Origin: Azolla caroliniana
Lineage: Eukaryota > Plantae > Polypodiophyta
Direction of reading: 5' to 3'
Length of the DNA stretch: 64,000 nucleotides
Assembly: GCA_043228905.1 (NCBI GenBank)
Contig: JBHGNT010000014.1
Coordinates: 186,001 to 250,000, forward strand
Below, in pieces: positions 34,855-47,700 of this stretch. Position numbers and translations under genes: made by a program. Positions within the stretch are counted from its first letter, which is position 1; each line of letters begins with the position of its first letter. Under the pieces are notes generated by a model, which was not told the DNA's origin, did no database searches, and saw only the letters and a list, made by a program, of their open reading frames with translations.

Positions 34855-37800
34855 ACAGGGCTATTGAGGCGATCGTCGGTATGATCGGCCGGTTCAGTGG
34901 AAAGGATGCCACGAGTTATTTGGCGTCCTACCGGGCGGAGATGTTGATGAGGGATATTCTGGAAGAGAGGCATCTTGCCGGATTCCCTTGAGTGGCGATG
35001 CCGGGCATCCATGCGGAGGTGCTCGAGGTCCGGGCGGAGAGCCGGACCTGGGAGGAGTTCGAAGGACGGCTCCTGGAGAAATACGGGCTGGATGACGCGC
35101 TTCGACTTTCGAAGCGGGGCTTCATGGAGTGGGTGGAGTCCCCCAACAAAGGAAGAAATGTGTCGGTACTCCTCCGGGAGTTTGAGGAACGCTTTACGCG
35201 CCTTTCAGCGCTCGATCGGACCGTTCTGGACACAAGTCGTGTCCTATTGTTTGTCAAATCGGTTGACGCACGGGATCGGGGGCAAGTTTGCTCCTTACTG
35301 GAAACCGAAGACGGGCTGACGGCCGACTGGGCCGCGGTAAAAAGAGTTTGCGGCCGTTTTGACAAACGGTGGGAGAGGGCTGATACAGGGGCGGGTCCTG
35401 TCGCAGCAAGGAAGCTCGAACCGATATCACAGGCGCGAAGGGAAGAGACCCGGGAGTTGCTCGAAACCGGTTCAGCTTCGACCGGCGTGGTCAGAGGCTC
35501 GTCCGGGGGAACAACTTTGGAGGAGTTGACACGGGCGATAAAGGATCTCCAGATCGCCCAGGCTCGGAGGGAAGGCGGCAATCAGGCTCGTGACCGACGG
35601 CCTCCGGCAGGAAGTAGGTGCATGTGGTGCGACGAGGTCGGCCACATCTGGAAAGACTACGGGGACTTTATGGAGGCTTTGAGAAGCCGGGTAGTGTACC
35701 TATGGAAAGGTCGGGTGCACGCCAGCGATACCCGGAGGGCCCTGAACCGAAACGACGGGCGAGGAGGAATGAAAAGGCTGATGGAAGAAGCGGCAGCCCG
35801 GCACACGGAGACCGTCCACTACTCAGCGTCAGCCGGTATTCAGGTCGGAGGCAGCGAGGCCCGGAAGGAGAGCAAAGCCTCGCCGGTGCCCGACTAAAGA
35901 GAGACGAGGAGGACTGCGCGGAGAAGCGGGTCCAGGAGGTAACCGAGTGGAGTGACCCGGTCGAAGAAAAGACGGGTTTCGTCGAAGCAACTTGCCAGAA
36001 CTACGAGGCTCTGGTTGAAGACAAACGGGTAGGTAAAACCGGAGGGGCCGGACCCTCACAGAGATACGAAACCCGATTTGGGCCGAAACGGAACAAAGCC
36101 GGTGAGTCCAGTGCTCGGGATAACCACAAGAAGGGCGGATATCGTTTGGGCACGGAGATCGAAAGGACCACGGACCTACGAAAGGTCCTGGAAGAATGAA
36201 TCCTCGACAACAAAGTGGAACTGTCGTTGCGGGAGGTGCTCGGAATCGCCAAGAAGGAGTTCCACGACTCCATCGTAGACTTCGTGAAGAGGAAGAGGCT
36301 ATCGACGGAGGCAGAACTAGAAAGGCCGGTGGAGGTGCAGACGGCGCACATAGAGGACATGGCGCTGGAAGACGAGTGGGCGGAGAGCCACTATTCGAGG
36401 CCACACTAGGCCCGAGCGACCACGGAAACCCCGGTGAAGATCAGAGATGTTCAGGAACCGGTGGTGGCGCTGGTGGGCCACGGTTCGGAAATAAACCTGA
36501 TGGCCATGGACTTCTACAAGAAGGGGAAATGGCCGATCAACACCAAGCACGGGTGGAAGATACGGGCAGCGACGCACGCCACCGAGGAACTACACGGGGC
36601 CGGCCCAAACGTGCGAGTCAAGATCGGCGACGTCGAGATAGATCAGCACTTCTTTGTGCAGGAGACGTCCTCACACCCGGTCATACTAGGAGAACCGTAC
36701 ATTACGGCAGCACGGATGGAGACCAAGGTGCTGGACAATGGGTCGGCTTACGCGAGGGTCAAGAGTCAGGACGGGGTCATTCGGTCCAATTCCTGACGGT
36801 GCGACCGAACCACGAGCGAAACCGGGAGTCCCTCGGTGGCGAGAACCGAGAGGATTTTAAGAGAGGGTTGTCAAGGCGTGGGGCCGCGACAGTCTGGACA
36901 CTCCGGGAAAACCCCACAAATGTACGATAGAGGCGAAACCGAAGAAACCTTGTACCATAGGTAGGAAGTTTTGTTTCTCCGACAACGGAGGGTGTACGAT
37001 AGTCGGCGTAGTTGGCCGAGAAAAGACAAAGGCGGAAGAGCGACTTCGGGCGTACGGAGTTCTCGGTCCCAGCGAGGAAATCAACGGAGCCGTGGAGGCG
37101 GTCTCCTTCGACAATACCTTGGGAATACTGCGAGAGGTGGTCGGAGAGGGCCTTGAAGAAGACCGGACGATACCGGTTTGTTCGGAAGAGATGTACGAAG
37201 TCATCGCGGACTTCAGTCGAGGGCTCGAGTCGGATCGGACGGCCCGAGTTAAAACGAAGTACAAGACTGTGGACCGGAAGGTAAGGCCAGTCGCGGCACC
37301 CTTACCGGAGGGCAGCGAGTTGCGAATCAAGGGGGTCGCGTCGGACCCCAGTTTACGAGATCCAGCCTACATAGGGCACGCCTTCACCGACAGAACGCTA
37401 TGGGAGCTCAAAATCGGTGGGGGCGGGTTCCTATTGCCGGCGGAAGAAGACCGGTTTCGGAGAATGTTCGGAAGGCACGGGAAAGCCTTCGCATTCTCAC
37501 CGGGAGAGATCGGGTGCGTAGACCCGACGGTCGTGAAGCCGATGGTGATATTCACGGTACCGCATGTGTCGTGGAATCTCAAACCAATTCCGGTACCGAG
37601 AGCTCACATCCCGGAGCTAATGGAGCTGTTGAGGCAGAAAGTCAATATGGGCATCCTCGAACTGTCAAGTGCCCCGTACTCAAACCGGTGGTTTACTGTA
37701 CCGAAGAAGAACGGGATGTTGCGCTTCATTCAAGACCTGCAACCGGTCAACAGAGTGACCATTCGGAACGCAGGAATCGGACCAACGATAGACGAGTTCG

Positions 37801-39685
37801 CAGAGGCCTTCGCCGGAAGGTCGATCTACTCGGTCGGTGATCTGTACTCGGGGTAAGATCATTTCCAACTAGCCGTAGAGAGCAGAGACATTATGACGAT
37901 GCAGACTCCTCTTGGCCTAGTGCGGATGTGTACCCTGCCACAAGGAGGGACAAACTCGGTGGCCCACATGGTGAATGCGATGAACAAGGTGCTGAGGGAT
38001 TGTATCCCGAACATCACCATGCCATTCTTGGACGACATCCCGATCAAGGGATGTCCGGTGGAGGAAAAGGACGAAACGTTCGGACCGGACGGATGTCGGA
38101 AATTCGTGGCGACACACATTGACGACTGCGAGAGGGTGCTGTAGAGGCTAGAGGACGCGAGGCTCACCTTCTCCGGGGAGAAATCGGCCTTCAGACAATC
38201 AGAGATCATGGTCGTCGGACATCTATGCGGACCGTATGGCCGGAAACCGTCTCCGGCTAAGGTGGAAGCCATCTCCGCAATGAAGCCCGACTGTAACTCG
38301 GTCACGGAGGTACGGAGGTTCTTGGAAGCATGCGCGTTCTACCACATATGGATCCCGCATTACACCCACGTTGCCGAGCCGCTATACGGGTTGTTGAAAA
38401 GGGGCGAAAATTCGAGTGGCGAGATGAGCATACTGAGTCGGTCCGAAAGATGAAGGAGGCTCTTGCTGCAGCTCCGGCACTCCGGAAGGCAGTCTACGAG
38501 AAAGGCACTCCCGTCTACATAACGGTAGATACGAGTCCGACCAGGATCGGATGGGTTGTCAACCAAGAAGATGAGGACGGCATTTGGTTCCCAATCCGGT
38601 TCGGGGCGAAGGTCCTCAGCGAGCGACAGCGAGGATACGCCCAGGTTAAATGCGAACTTTGGGGTATCGTTTTGGCGGTGAAGGCCGATAAAGACTATCT
38701 GATCGGGACAGAGGTGATTATCGAGACGGATTGCTTGCCGATTCTCGGCATGGTTTTCGGATGCGCGACCCCGGACCTGGCAATGCTCAGGTGGATAGCG
38801 TACATCAAGTCCCTGGATTCGGAAATACGACACATTTCCGGCAAAGACAATGCCATGGCCGACATGCTTTCAAGGGCGCGATTCGACAACGAGGGCGGCA
38901 TGGTTTCGGAGGACGAGGAAGTCGGCATGGACTTCTTCGAGGCGGCTTACGTAACAACCGAGGGGGGGAGCACTCCGGCGCTTAACGATTTTAACGAGAG
39001 CAAGTACGATGGGGAGTGGCTGCAGATTGGAGGATTCTTGAGGACGATGATGCCGGACGCGTCATGGACAAAGGACGAGGCCAACCGGATCCGGAAGAAA
39101 GCATACCGATTCTTTCTCCGGGACGGATACTTGTGGAAGCACCCGAAGAAGAGAAACGGCATCCCGCTCCGAGTAGTGGCGATGGAGGAGGAACAGGAGG
39201 AATTGTTGAAGGCCTACCATGACAGCCCCTGGGCTGGACACCGTGGGACGTGGGCCACGTTCGAGAAACTAAAGGGGAAGTACTGGTGGCCGGGACTGTA
39301 CCGGGACGTACATTGGTTCGTGACAACTTGTGAGAGCTGTCACATGCACTCCATAGTCCGACATCAGGACGAGCTTCACCCTACATACCCTCCGGCCATC
39401 CACTTCAAATGGATAGTAGATTTGGTGATGATGCCGATGGGCGTAGGGCAGATGCGATATCTGGTGCTGGCCCGGGAGGACCTGACGGGTGGAAGGCCGA
39501 GCCCTGCAGAACAAAACGACCGCGGCCGTGTGTCGGTTCCTGATCGAGGACGTGATATGCCGGTACGGGTGCGTCGGAAAGATCGTGGCTGACCACGGGG
39601 AGTTGGATGCCGAAGAGGCCGAGGAGCTGTTCGATCGGTTAGGGGTCAAGCTCTCCATAGTCCGACATCGGGACGAGCTTCACCC

Positions 39686-42600
39686 TGTTGGGAACTCGAC
39701 GTTCCTTATGTCCGACTCTCGGCCACAACCGAGATTCTTTTCATACACAGAAAACAGGTAATGAGACGCGACACAAAAGAGGAGAAGAAGATGAGAAATG
39801 GTACACAGGAGGTATACGTGGAAAACCCCAAAATAGGGGAAAAAACCACGGCAGCCCACGAGCTGCAAACTGTCACTATGCAGAAATATACAACAGTGAG
39901 ATCACTGAGGCAACGACCTCGTGTTCTCAGATCTTCGCCACAGGCGGCGGTTACAACAGAGGCAACGACCTCGGCTCTCTCTCTCTCTCTCTCTATACAG
40001 TTGCGCGCTCTGATTTCTTCTTGCACCAACAAGAAAAGAATAACAACTAGAATGACAACAGTTTCTAAAAAAGTTTGCCCTAAGTCATATTTATACTAAT
40101 ATGACTTTTCGGCTATTTACAAATGTAGCCTCGATGGGCTCCATCCGGCTCTCCGCAGTCGGGTACTCCTCATCCGGTTCATACCGGGCCTACACCATCC
40201 GACTCTCCGAAGTCGGGTTCTCCTCATCCGGTTCATACCGGGCCTACACCATCCGACTCTCCGAAGTCGGGTTCTCCCTATTCAGTTCATACCGTTCTTC
40301 GGCACTGTTCTTCTCCCTTCCCATCCGGAGGGACCTGTCTACCAACAAACTCCCCCTTCACTCCGGCATGGGGTGTCTTTCCAGCCCGATCCTCTTCCGG
40401 CATGCGTCCAGCTTGTCGGGTGTCAACACTTTGGTCAGCATATCTGACCCGTTCTCGGCCGTGTGGATCTTCGTCAGTGCGAACTCTTAGTCATCTACCC
40501 TTTCCCGAATCCAGTGATACCTCCGCTGGATATGCTTCGTCCGGGAATGGTAGGCCGCATTCTTAGCAAGGTGAATGGCACTTTGACTGTCGCAGTAGAG
40601 TCGGTATTCCTCTTGCCGGATACCGAGCTCCCCGATTAAGTCCTTCATCCATAATATTTCCTTGCCGGCTTCCACAGCCGCCATGTACTCTGCCTCTGTG
40701 GTTGACAATGCAACCGTCTTCTGCAGCCTCGACTACCACGAGACAGCTCCCCCTGCATATGTCATCACATACCCGGATGTAGACCGGCTGGTATCCACAT
40801 CAGCCGACATGTCCGAATCGGTGAAACCGTCCAGTTGAGGTTTTCCGGTGCCGAATCGGAGACACATATTTGAAGTGCCCTTCAAATACCGGAGTATCCA
40901 CTTGACCGCATTCCAATGCTCCTTGCCGGGATTACTCATGAACCGGCTCACCACTCCGACTGCGTATCCAATGTCCGGTCGGGTACAAACCATTGCGTAC
41001 ATCAAGCTCCCGACGACAGAGGCATATGGAATCTTCATCATATCTGCCTTCTCTCCTTTTGTCTTTGGGCTTTGCTTGCCGAACAACTTGCAGTTTGCCG
41101 GAAGTGTCGATCCGACCGATTTTGCATCTGACATGTTGAACCGGTGAAGCACCTTTGTCACATACTTCTCCTGTGACAGCCATAGTTGCTTCACTGACCG
41201 GTCCCGAATGATGTGCATCCCCAACATCTGTCTTGCCGGACCCAGGTCTTTCATTGAGAAGGTCCGGTTGAGAGCCTTCTTCAGCATCCGTATTTTGCCT
41301 TGGTCACGTCCGACGATCAACATGTCATCCACGTACAGGAGGAGTATCAGGAAGTCCCCTCCTTCGAACTTCTTCACAAACACGCAGTGATCGGCCTGCG
41401 TCTTGTGGTACCCTTGATCGGTCATGAAGGAGTCGAACTTCCGATACCATTGCCGGGGAGCCTGCTTCAGTCCGTACAGGCTCTTCTTCAACCGGCATAC
41501 CAGGTGCTCCTTCCCTTTCTCCACAAATCCTTCCGGTTGCTGCATGTAGATCTCCTCTTCGAGGTCGCCGTGAAGGAATGCCGTCTTCACGTCCAGCTGC
41601 TCTACCTCGAGATCCATGCATGCTGCTATACTCAGCACCGTCCGGATGGAGGTCATCTTTACTACCGGGGCGAATATTTCGTCGAAGTCCACGCCCTTCT
41701 TCTGTTGGAACCCCTTCACCACGATCCTGGCTTTGTATCTCGGGGGGTTGCCGGCATCTCCTGGTTTCAACTTGAACACCCACTTGTTTCGGAGTGCCCG
41801 CTTTTCTTTCGGCAGCTCCACCAATTCATACGTATGGTTCTCATGCAGGGAATCCATCTCATCCTGCATGGCACTTAACCATTTTCGGCTGTGGGTGTCA
41901 ACCTTCGCTTCTTCGAAGCTTTCTGGCTCCCCCTCATCGGTTAGCAGGACATGCTCTGCATCCGGAAATCTCCGGGGCGCCCTTCTCTCTCTGAGAGGAT
42001 ATCTACGTCTTCGGGCTTCGGTAATCGGTTCCTCCATTTGCTCTTCATCCGAATCCGATTCGGGGTCTTTGCTCTCCGGTCCTTTGCTACATGCACGTAC
42101 GCGAGACACCCGAACACCCTCAGATGCCGGTAGGACACTTCCTTACCGGTCCATACTCTCTGTGGCGTGTCTCCGTCCAAGGGTACTGAGGGTGATCTGT
42201 TTATCACATATGTCGTCGTCGACAGTGCCTCAGCCCAAAACTTCTTGGGTAGTTTTGCATGCGCTAGCATGCTCCGGACCCTCTCCATTATGGTCCGGTT
42301 CATCCTCTCGGCCAGTCCGTTTAGCTCCGGCGTCTTCGGCACGGTAAATTCGAGCCGGATTCCCTTCGAGCGGCAGTACTCCTCGAACTGCCCCCGGTAC
42401 TCACCTCCGTTATCTGCTCGAACCGCCTTCAGCTTCCGACCGGTTTCTCTTTCCACCCTCGCGTGGAGCTCTTTGAAGACGGATAACACCTGATCCTTTG
42501 TCTTCAGCGGTGTGGCCCACAGCTTCCGGCTGTGGTCATCTATGAACGTCACGAAGTACTGCGCTCCGGCATGTGACTTCGTGTCTACTTGACAAACATC

Positions 42601-44799
42601 CGTATGCACCAACTCCAGTGGTGCATTACGTCTCATCGGTGGCCTTGGTCGGAAGGAGGTCCGGTTCTGCTTACCGGCCAGACAATCAGTGCACTTCTCT
42701 AATGCACGTTCTTCACTGGAATGAGGTTGTCGTCTCCAAGCCTCTTCATCCCCTTCTCACTCATGTGACATAGCCTCTTGTGCCACAGCTCACCAGCAGT
42801 GTCGGAGGCCACGTTCACTTCTTCCGGACATAACCGGGCATTCATCAGGTACAGGGTGTTTACCTTCCGGGCCCGAGCCACAATCAGGCTCCCTTTGCTG
42901 AACTTCATGACACCGTTCCGGATGCTACCCGTGTAGCCTTCATCATCTAGCCGACCGGCTGATATCAGGTTCAGACGAACTTTCGGAACGTGTCGGATGT
43001 CTTTCAACAGCAACTTGCATCCGGTTGGTGTTGTCAGCCACACATCTCCTATGCCGACAATTCGGCATGTTCCTTCATTCCCCATCCGGACACAGCCGTG
43101 ATCACCGGCTGAGTAGGATGAGAAGCATTTTCGGTCCGGGGTAAGGTGGAACGACGCTCCGGAATCTACCACCCAGGTAATCTCATCGCCGGCATGGTTT
43201 ATCTCACTCTCCTCGGTGATGAGCATCAACTCCTCTTCACTTGCCGCAATTGCCGTCGTTCCCTTCCGGTCCGGTCCCCTCCGGTCTTTACCGTTCCGGT
43301 CTGTACCGTTCCGGTTCGGGGTTTGCTTCGAATCGGTACCGTCGGTTTCCTTGTCTTTATGGAAATGCCGACAGTTCTTTTGGAAGTGTCCCGGCTTGCC
43401 GCAATAGAAGCAAGTCGGCCTCCCCCTTGACTTTGATCGTGTCCCCGACTTCTCCCGGTTCTGGGGACTATGGTTTCTATGTCTTCCGCGTTCCGATTCG
43501 GTAAGGAGCGCTTTGGAGTCGGAGCTCGTATCTTTGTCTTTCCGACGAGCCTCCTCATCTAGCAAGCTCGATTTTACTCTTGCTAGGGATAGCCGTTTTC
43601 CTTCCGGCCCGGCGTTGCCCAAAGTAACAACTAATGTCTCCCAGCTATCCGGGAGGGAACCGAGCAGGAGTAGCGCTAGGACCTCATCGGCGAGAGGTAC
43701 TTCCAATGACGTTGCCTGGTGAATCAGCCCCTGGAAGGCATTCATATGCTCCGCCATGCTGGAGCCATCTTGGTACCGGAGTCTTACAAGCTTCCGGAAT
43801 ACCGACGCCTGATTGACAGCATTTTTGTTCTGGAACATTGTGCCGATCTTCTCCCAGAGCTCATGAGCCTTACTCTCTTCATTGAAGTTGTTGTACAGGC
43901 TCATGTCGATGAAGCACCGTATGTACGCCGTTGTCTTCATGTGCATCACCTCCCATATCACGGTGTCGATTTTGTCCGGTCTCTTGTCCCCGAACTGAAC
44001 CGGCAGCCAGAGGTCTTTAACCACGAGCATGTCCCTCATCTTCGACTTCCACACTGAATAGTTGGAGCCGCTGAGCTTGAACATGCCGCCAAACGATTCG
44101 TCCATTTTCTGTGTCGATTTCGCTCTGATACCACTTGTTGGGAACTCGACGTTCCTTATGTCCGACTCTCGGCCACAACCGAGATTCTTTTCATACACAG
44201 AAAACAGGTAATGAGACGCGACACAAAAGAGGAGAAGAAGATGAGAAATGGTACACAGGAGGTATACGTGGAAAACCCCAAAATAGGGGAAAAAACCACG
44301 GCAGCCCACGAGCTGCAAACTGTCACTATGCAGAAATATACAACAGTGAGATCACTGAGGCAACGACCTCGTGTTCTCAGATCTTCGCCACAGGCGGCGG
44401 TTACAACAGAGGCAACGACCTCGGCTCTCTCTCTCTCTCTCTCTCTATACAGTTGCGCACTCTGATTTCTTCTTGCACCAACAAGAAAAGTATAACAACT
44501 AGAATGACAACAGTTTCTAAAAAAGTTTGCCCTAAGTCATATTTATACTAATATGACTTTTCGGCTATTTACAAATGTAGCCTCGATGGGCTCCATCCGG
44601 CTCTCCGCAGTCGGGTACTCCTCATCCGGTTCATACCGGGCCTACACCATCCGACTCTCCGAAGTCGGGTTCTCCTCATCCGGTTCATACCGTGCCTACA
44701 CCATCCGACTCTCCGAAGTCGGGTTCTCCCTATTCGGTTCATACCGTTCTTCGGCACTGTTCTTCTCCCTTCCCATCCGGAGGGACCTGTCTACCAACA
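39686..44799 (-). mobile_element. Young Ty1/Copia element Copia-3 (Tnt1/Tork-like); LTRs 44136-44799 and 39686-40347
   Basis: TSD CACCC, PBS TGGTATCAGAGC at 44133-44122, PPT GAAGGGGGAG, near-identical LTRs. Confidence 0.95.
40360..44104 (-). pseudogene. Copia-3 gag-pol with a few stops and an internal deletion at ~42075
   Basis: KLSGSNYSVWK, CFYCGKPGHFQKNC, VDSGAS, HTDVC, YVDD, YCDSQSAIHL. Confidence 0.92.
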
Positions 44800-47700
44800 C
44801 ACCCTACATACCCTCCGGCCATCCACTTCAAATGGATGGTAGATTTGGTGACGATGCCGATGGGCGTAGGGCAGATGCGATATCTGGTGCTGACCCGGGA
44901 GGACTTGACGAACCAGGTGGAAGGCCAAGCCCTGCAGAACAAAACGACCGCGGTCGTGTGTCGGTTCCTGATCGAGGACGTGATATGCCGGTATGGGTGC
45001 GTCGGAAAGATCGTGGCTGACCGCGGGGAGTTGGACGCCGAAGAGGCCGAGGAGCTGTTCGACCGGTTAGGGGTCAAGCTCTCGCTCACCACAGCGTACA
45101 ATCCGGAGGCGAACGGGAAGGTGGAGCGCGAGCACGGACCCATCGTCAAAGCGCTAGTCCGGGCGTGCGAAGGACAAGTCGGGAACTGGCCACGACTGTT
45201 ACCCTATGCCTTGTGGGCGGACCGGACAACGCATTGTTCGGTAACCGGGTTCATGCCGTCAGAGCTCATGTTCGGACAGAAGCCGATCATGCCGATGGAA
45301 CGGACGATCTCCTCTTGGGCGACAGTAGACTGGAGAGACGAGATGAGTCGGGAAGAACTGCTAGCGGCGCGCATACGACAGCTCGAGCGGAGGCTAGAGG
45401 ACGTGGAACGAGCGGCGGAGAGACTTCGGACGGCGAGGATGAGGAACAAAGCCCGGTTCGACCGAACGCACCGGCTCCGACCAAAGAAAATCGAAGAAGG
45501 AGACTGGGTGCTAGTCTACGACAGTAGCCTCGACAACTAGCACCGGGCAACACGGAAGTTTGCAAAGCGGTGGTTCGGGCCTTACGTGGTAACGAGCGCC
45601 AACGACAACGGGACGTATCACCTGGCGGAACTCGACGGTACGAGGATGGCGATACCGGTAGCAGGGAAGCGGATCAAAGCGTTCAAGAAGTGCCACGACG
45701 ACGAACCGGATCTAAGAGGCCTGGGCAGCGACGACAAACAGTCCGAAACAGAGGACGAACCGATGGACGAAGAACCGGAACTTGGGCCGATTTCCTCCAA
45801 CCAGAGCACAATTTTGGCGCATACCGGTGGATGCGCGGTTAGGTGGGAGCGGATGTCGTGAAGAAAACCGTCCCTTAGCGCAATCGGTGCATAGAGCGCG
45901 TGAACCGGCTCTTCACGCGTGCGCGCCCTTAATGTATATAATAGAGATTAAGTACGTAGGTATATCTTGGGTAGTTAGATTCGGTAGGTAGGACGTAAAT
46001 GAGGGAGACGGCTCCCTTCTTGACGCTATAAAGGAGAGGGAGACGCAGAGAGAAGTCATCGCGCATTAAGGAGGATGAAGTGTTGTCGGACCGTAACCGA
46101 ACGCTTCTCCTCTGTTCGTTCTCGATCGCTCTTCTCTGCAGGGTTTCGGGAGGCTCGCGCTGCTTCGAGGAACGCCCGTGTGCTTCCGACAGCACCTCCA
46201 CCCTTTTCTCCTTTCGTGCGCAGACGAACAGGCATCGGCATCTGTTCGCCGGCATGTTCGGTTGTAACCGCTCGCGTGCTCTGTTGTGTATTTGTTATTC
46301 GTTAATCTACAAAAACTTGTGTCTCCCTGTCTCTGTGTCCATTCGCGTCTTCTGTGTTGACGGGTCGTGCCCCTGTGTTTCTTTGCTCATACGTGACTGG
46401 GCGTCTCTCTCTCTCTCTCTTTCCCCTTCTATCACCTGCTCTTCGGTTCAAGACCCCGATGGTCCAGCCTCGTTTCTCCACGCACGCGCGTAGTAACGCG
46501 ACACCGCGTTGGATCGAAGCCATGAACGAGGAGATGCAGGCACTACGCAAGAACGAGACGTGGGATCTCGTTCCCACGTCACCACACAAAAAGGCGATCG
46601 GATGTAGATGGATTTACAAAGTGAAGTACAACGTCGACGGTTCTGTCAACCGCTACAAAGCGCGACTCGTAGCGAAAGGCTACGCCCAAACGCACGAAGT
46701 TGACTACGAAGAGACCTTTGCCCCGGTGGCAAAGATGACGACGGTACGGACCGTGATTGCGCTTGCTGCTGTGAAAGGGTGGCACCCCATCAAATGGACG
46801 TCAAGAATGCCTTTCTACAAGGCAAATTGGAAGAGGTGTACATGATACAACCACCCGGTTTCAACTCGAGCACCCATCCGAAAGTTGTATGCCGACTCAA
46901 GAAGCCACTCTACGGCCTCAAGCAAGCACCGCGTGCTTGACATTCGAAGATAACGCAATATCTTCATCAAATCGGCTTCTGTATGTCAAAATCGGACAAC
47001 TGCCTCTACATACGAAGCGATTCCGCCAGTCTAATCGTCATCATCTTATATGTGGATGACCTAGTCATTGGAGGTGAGCATCTCGTCGAACTCAATAAGG
47101 TCAAATCCCTCCTTTCCGACAAGTTCGAGATGACGGACATGAACGAGCTCCACTACTTCCTCGGCATCGAGGTAATTCGGACTCCGATCGGAATCATGAT
47201 CTCTCAACGACACTACATCCTGAACTTGTTATACAAGTTCGGGATGGCTGAGTGCAAATACGTGGCAACCCCGCTCGATCGCAATCTCAAACTGGATGCG
47301 AACTCCGGCACCAAAGCGTGTGAGCCGACTCCGTATCAACAACTCATCGGGAGTCTCATCTACCTCACGATCACTCGACCCGATCTCTGTTACCTGGTCA
47401 GTCTCCTTAGTCAATTCATGCGAACACCGTGTGATACTCACTTGGATTGCGCTAAGCGAGTTTTACGATACCTGAGCGGCACAATGGATTGTAGCATCCT
47501 TTACAAGACCGCGATTCCCATACGACTCAAGGTGTACACATACGCCGATTGGGCCGGCTACAAAGCCGATAGAAGATCAACCTCTGGATTTGTTTTCTCC
47601 CTCAGTAGTGGAGCAATATCCTGGAGCAGCAAAAAGCAACCAACCGTCGCTCTTTCGAGCACAGAGGCGGAATACAAGGGCGTGGCAATGGCCCCATGTG

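Larger units (their letters stand above)
33297..46503 (+). mobile_element. Autonomous-type tRNA-Trp-primed non-chromovirus Gypsy element D (decayed); LTRs 33297-33944 and 45854-46503
   Basis: TSD CCGC, PBS at 33949, gag with CMWC knuckle, PR (V[D/G]HGSEIN), RT (FLDD), RH (TVDTS, ETDC), INT (VDLV, ADRG, GPY), no chromodomain. Confidence 0.93.

Noticed and set aside
42699-44318. 539-aa ORF starting inside the Copia-3 LTR
   Set aside because: The first ~70 codons are LTR/PBS read-through; Gag most likely starts at MDESFGG (44104)
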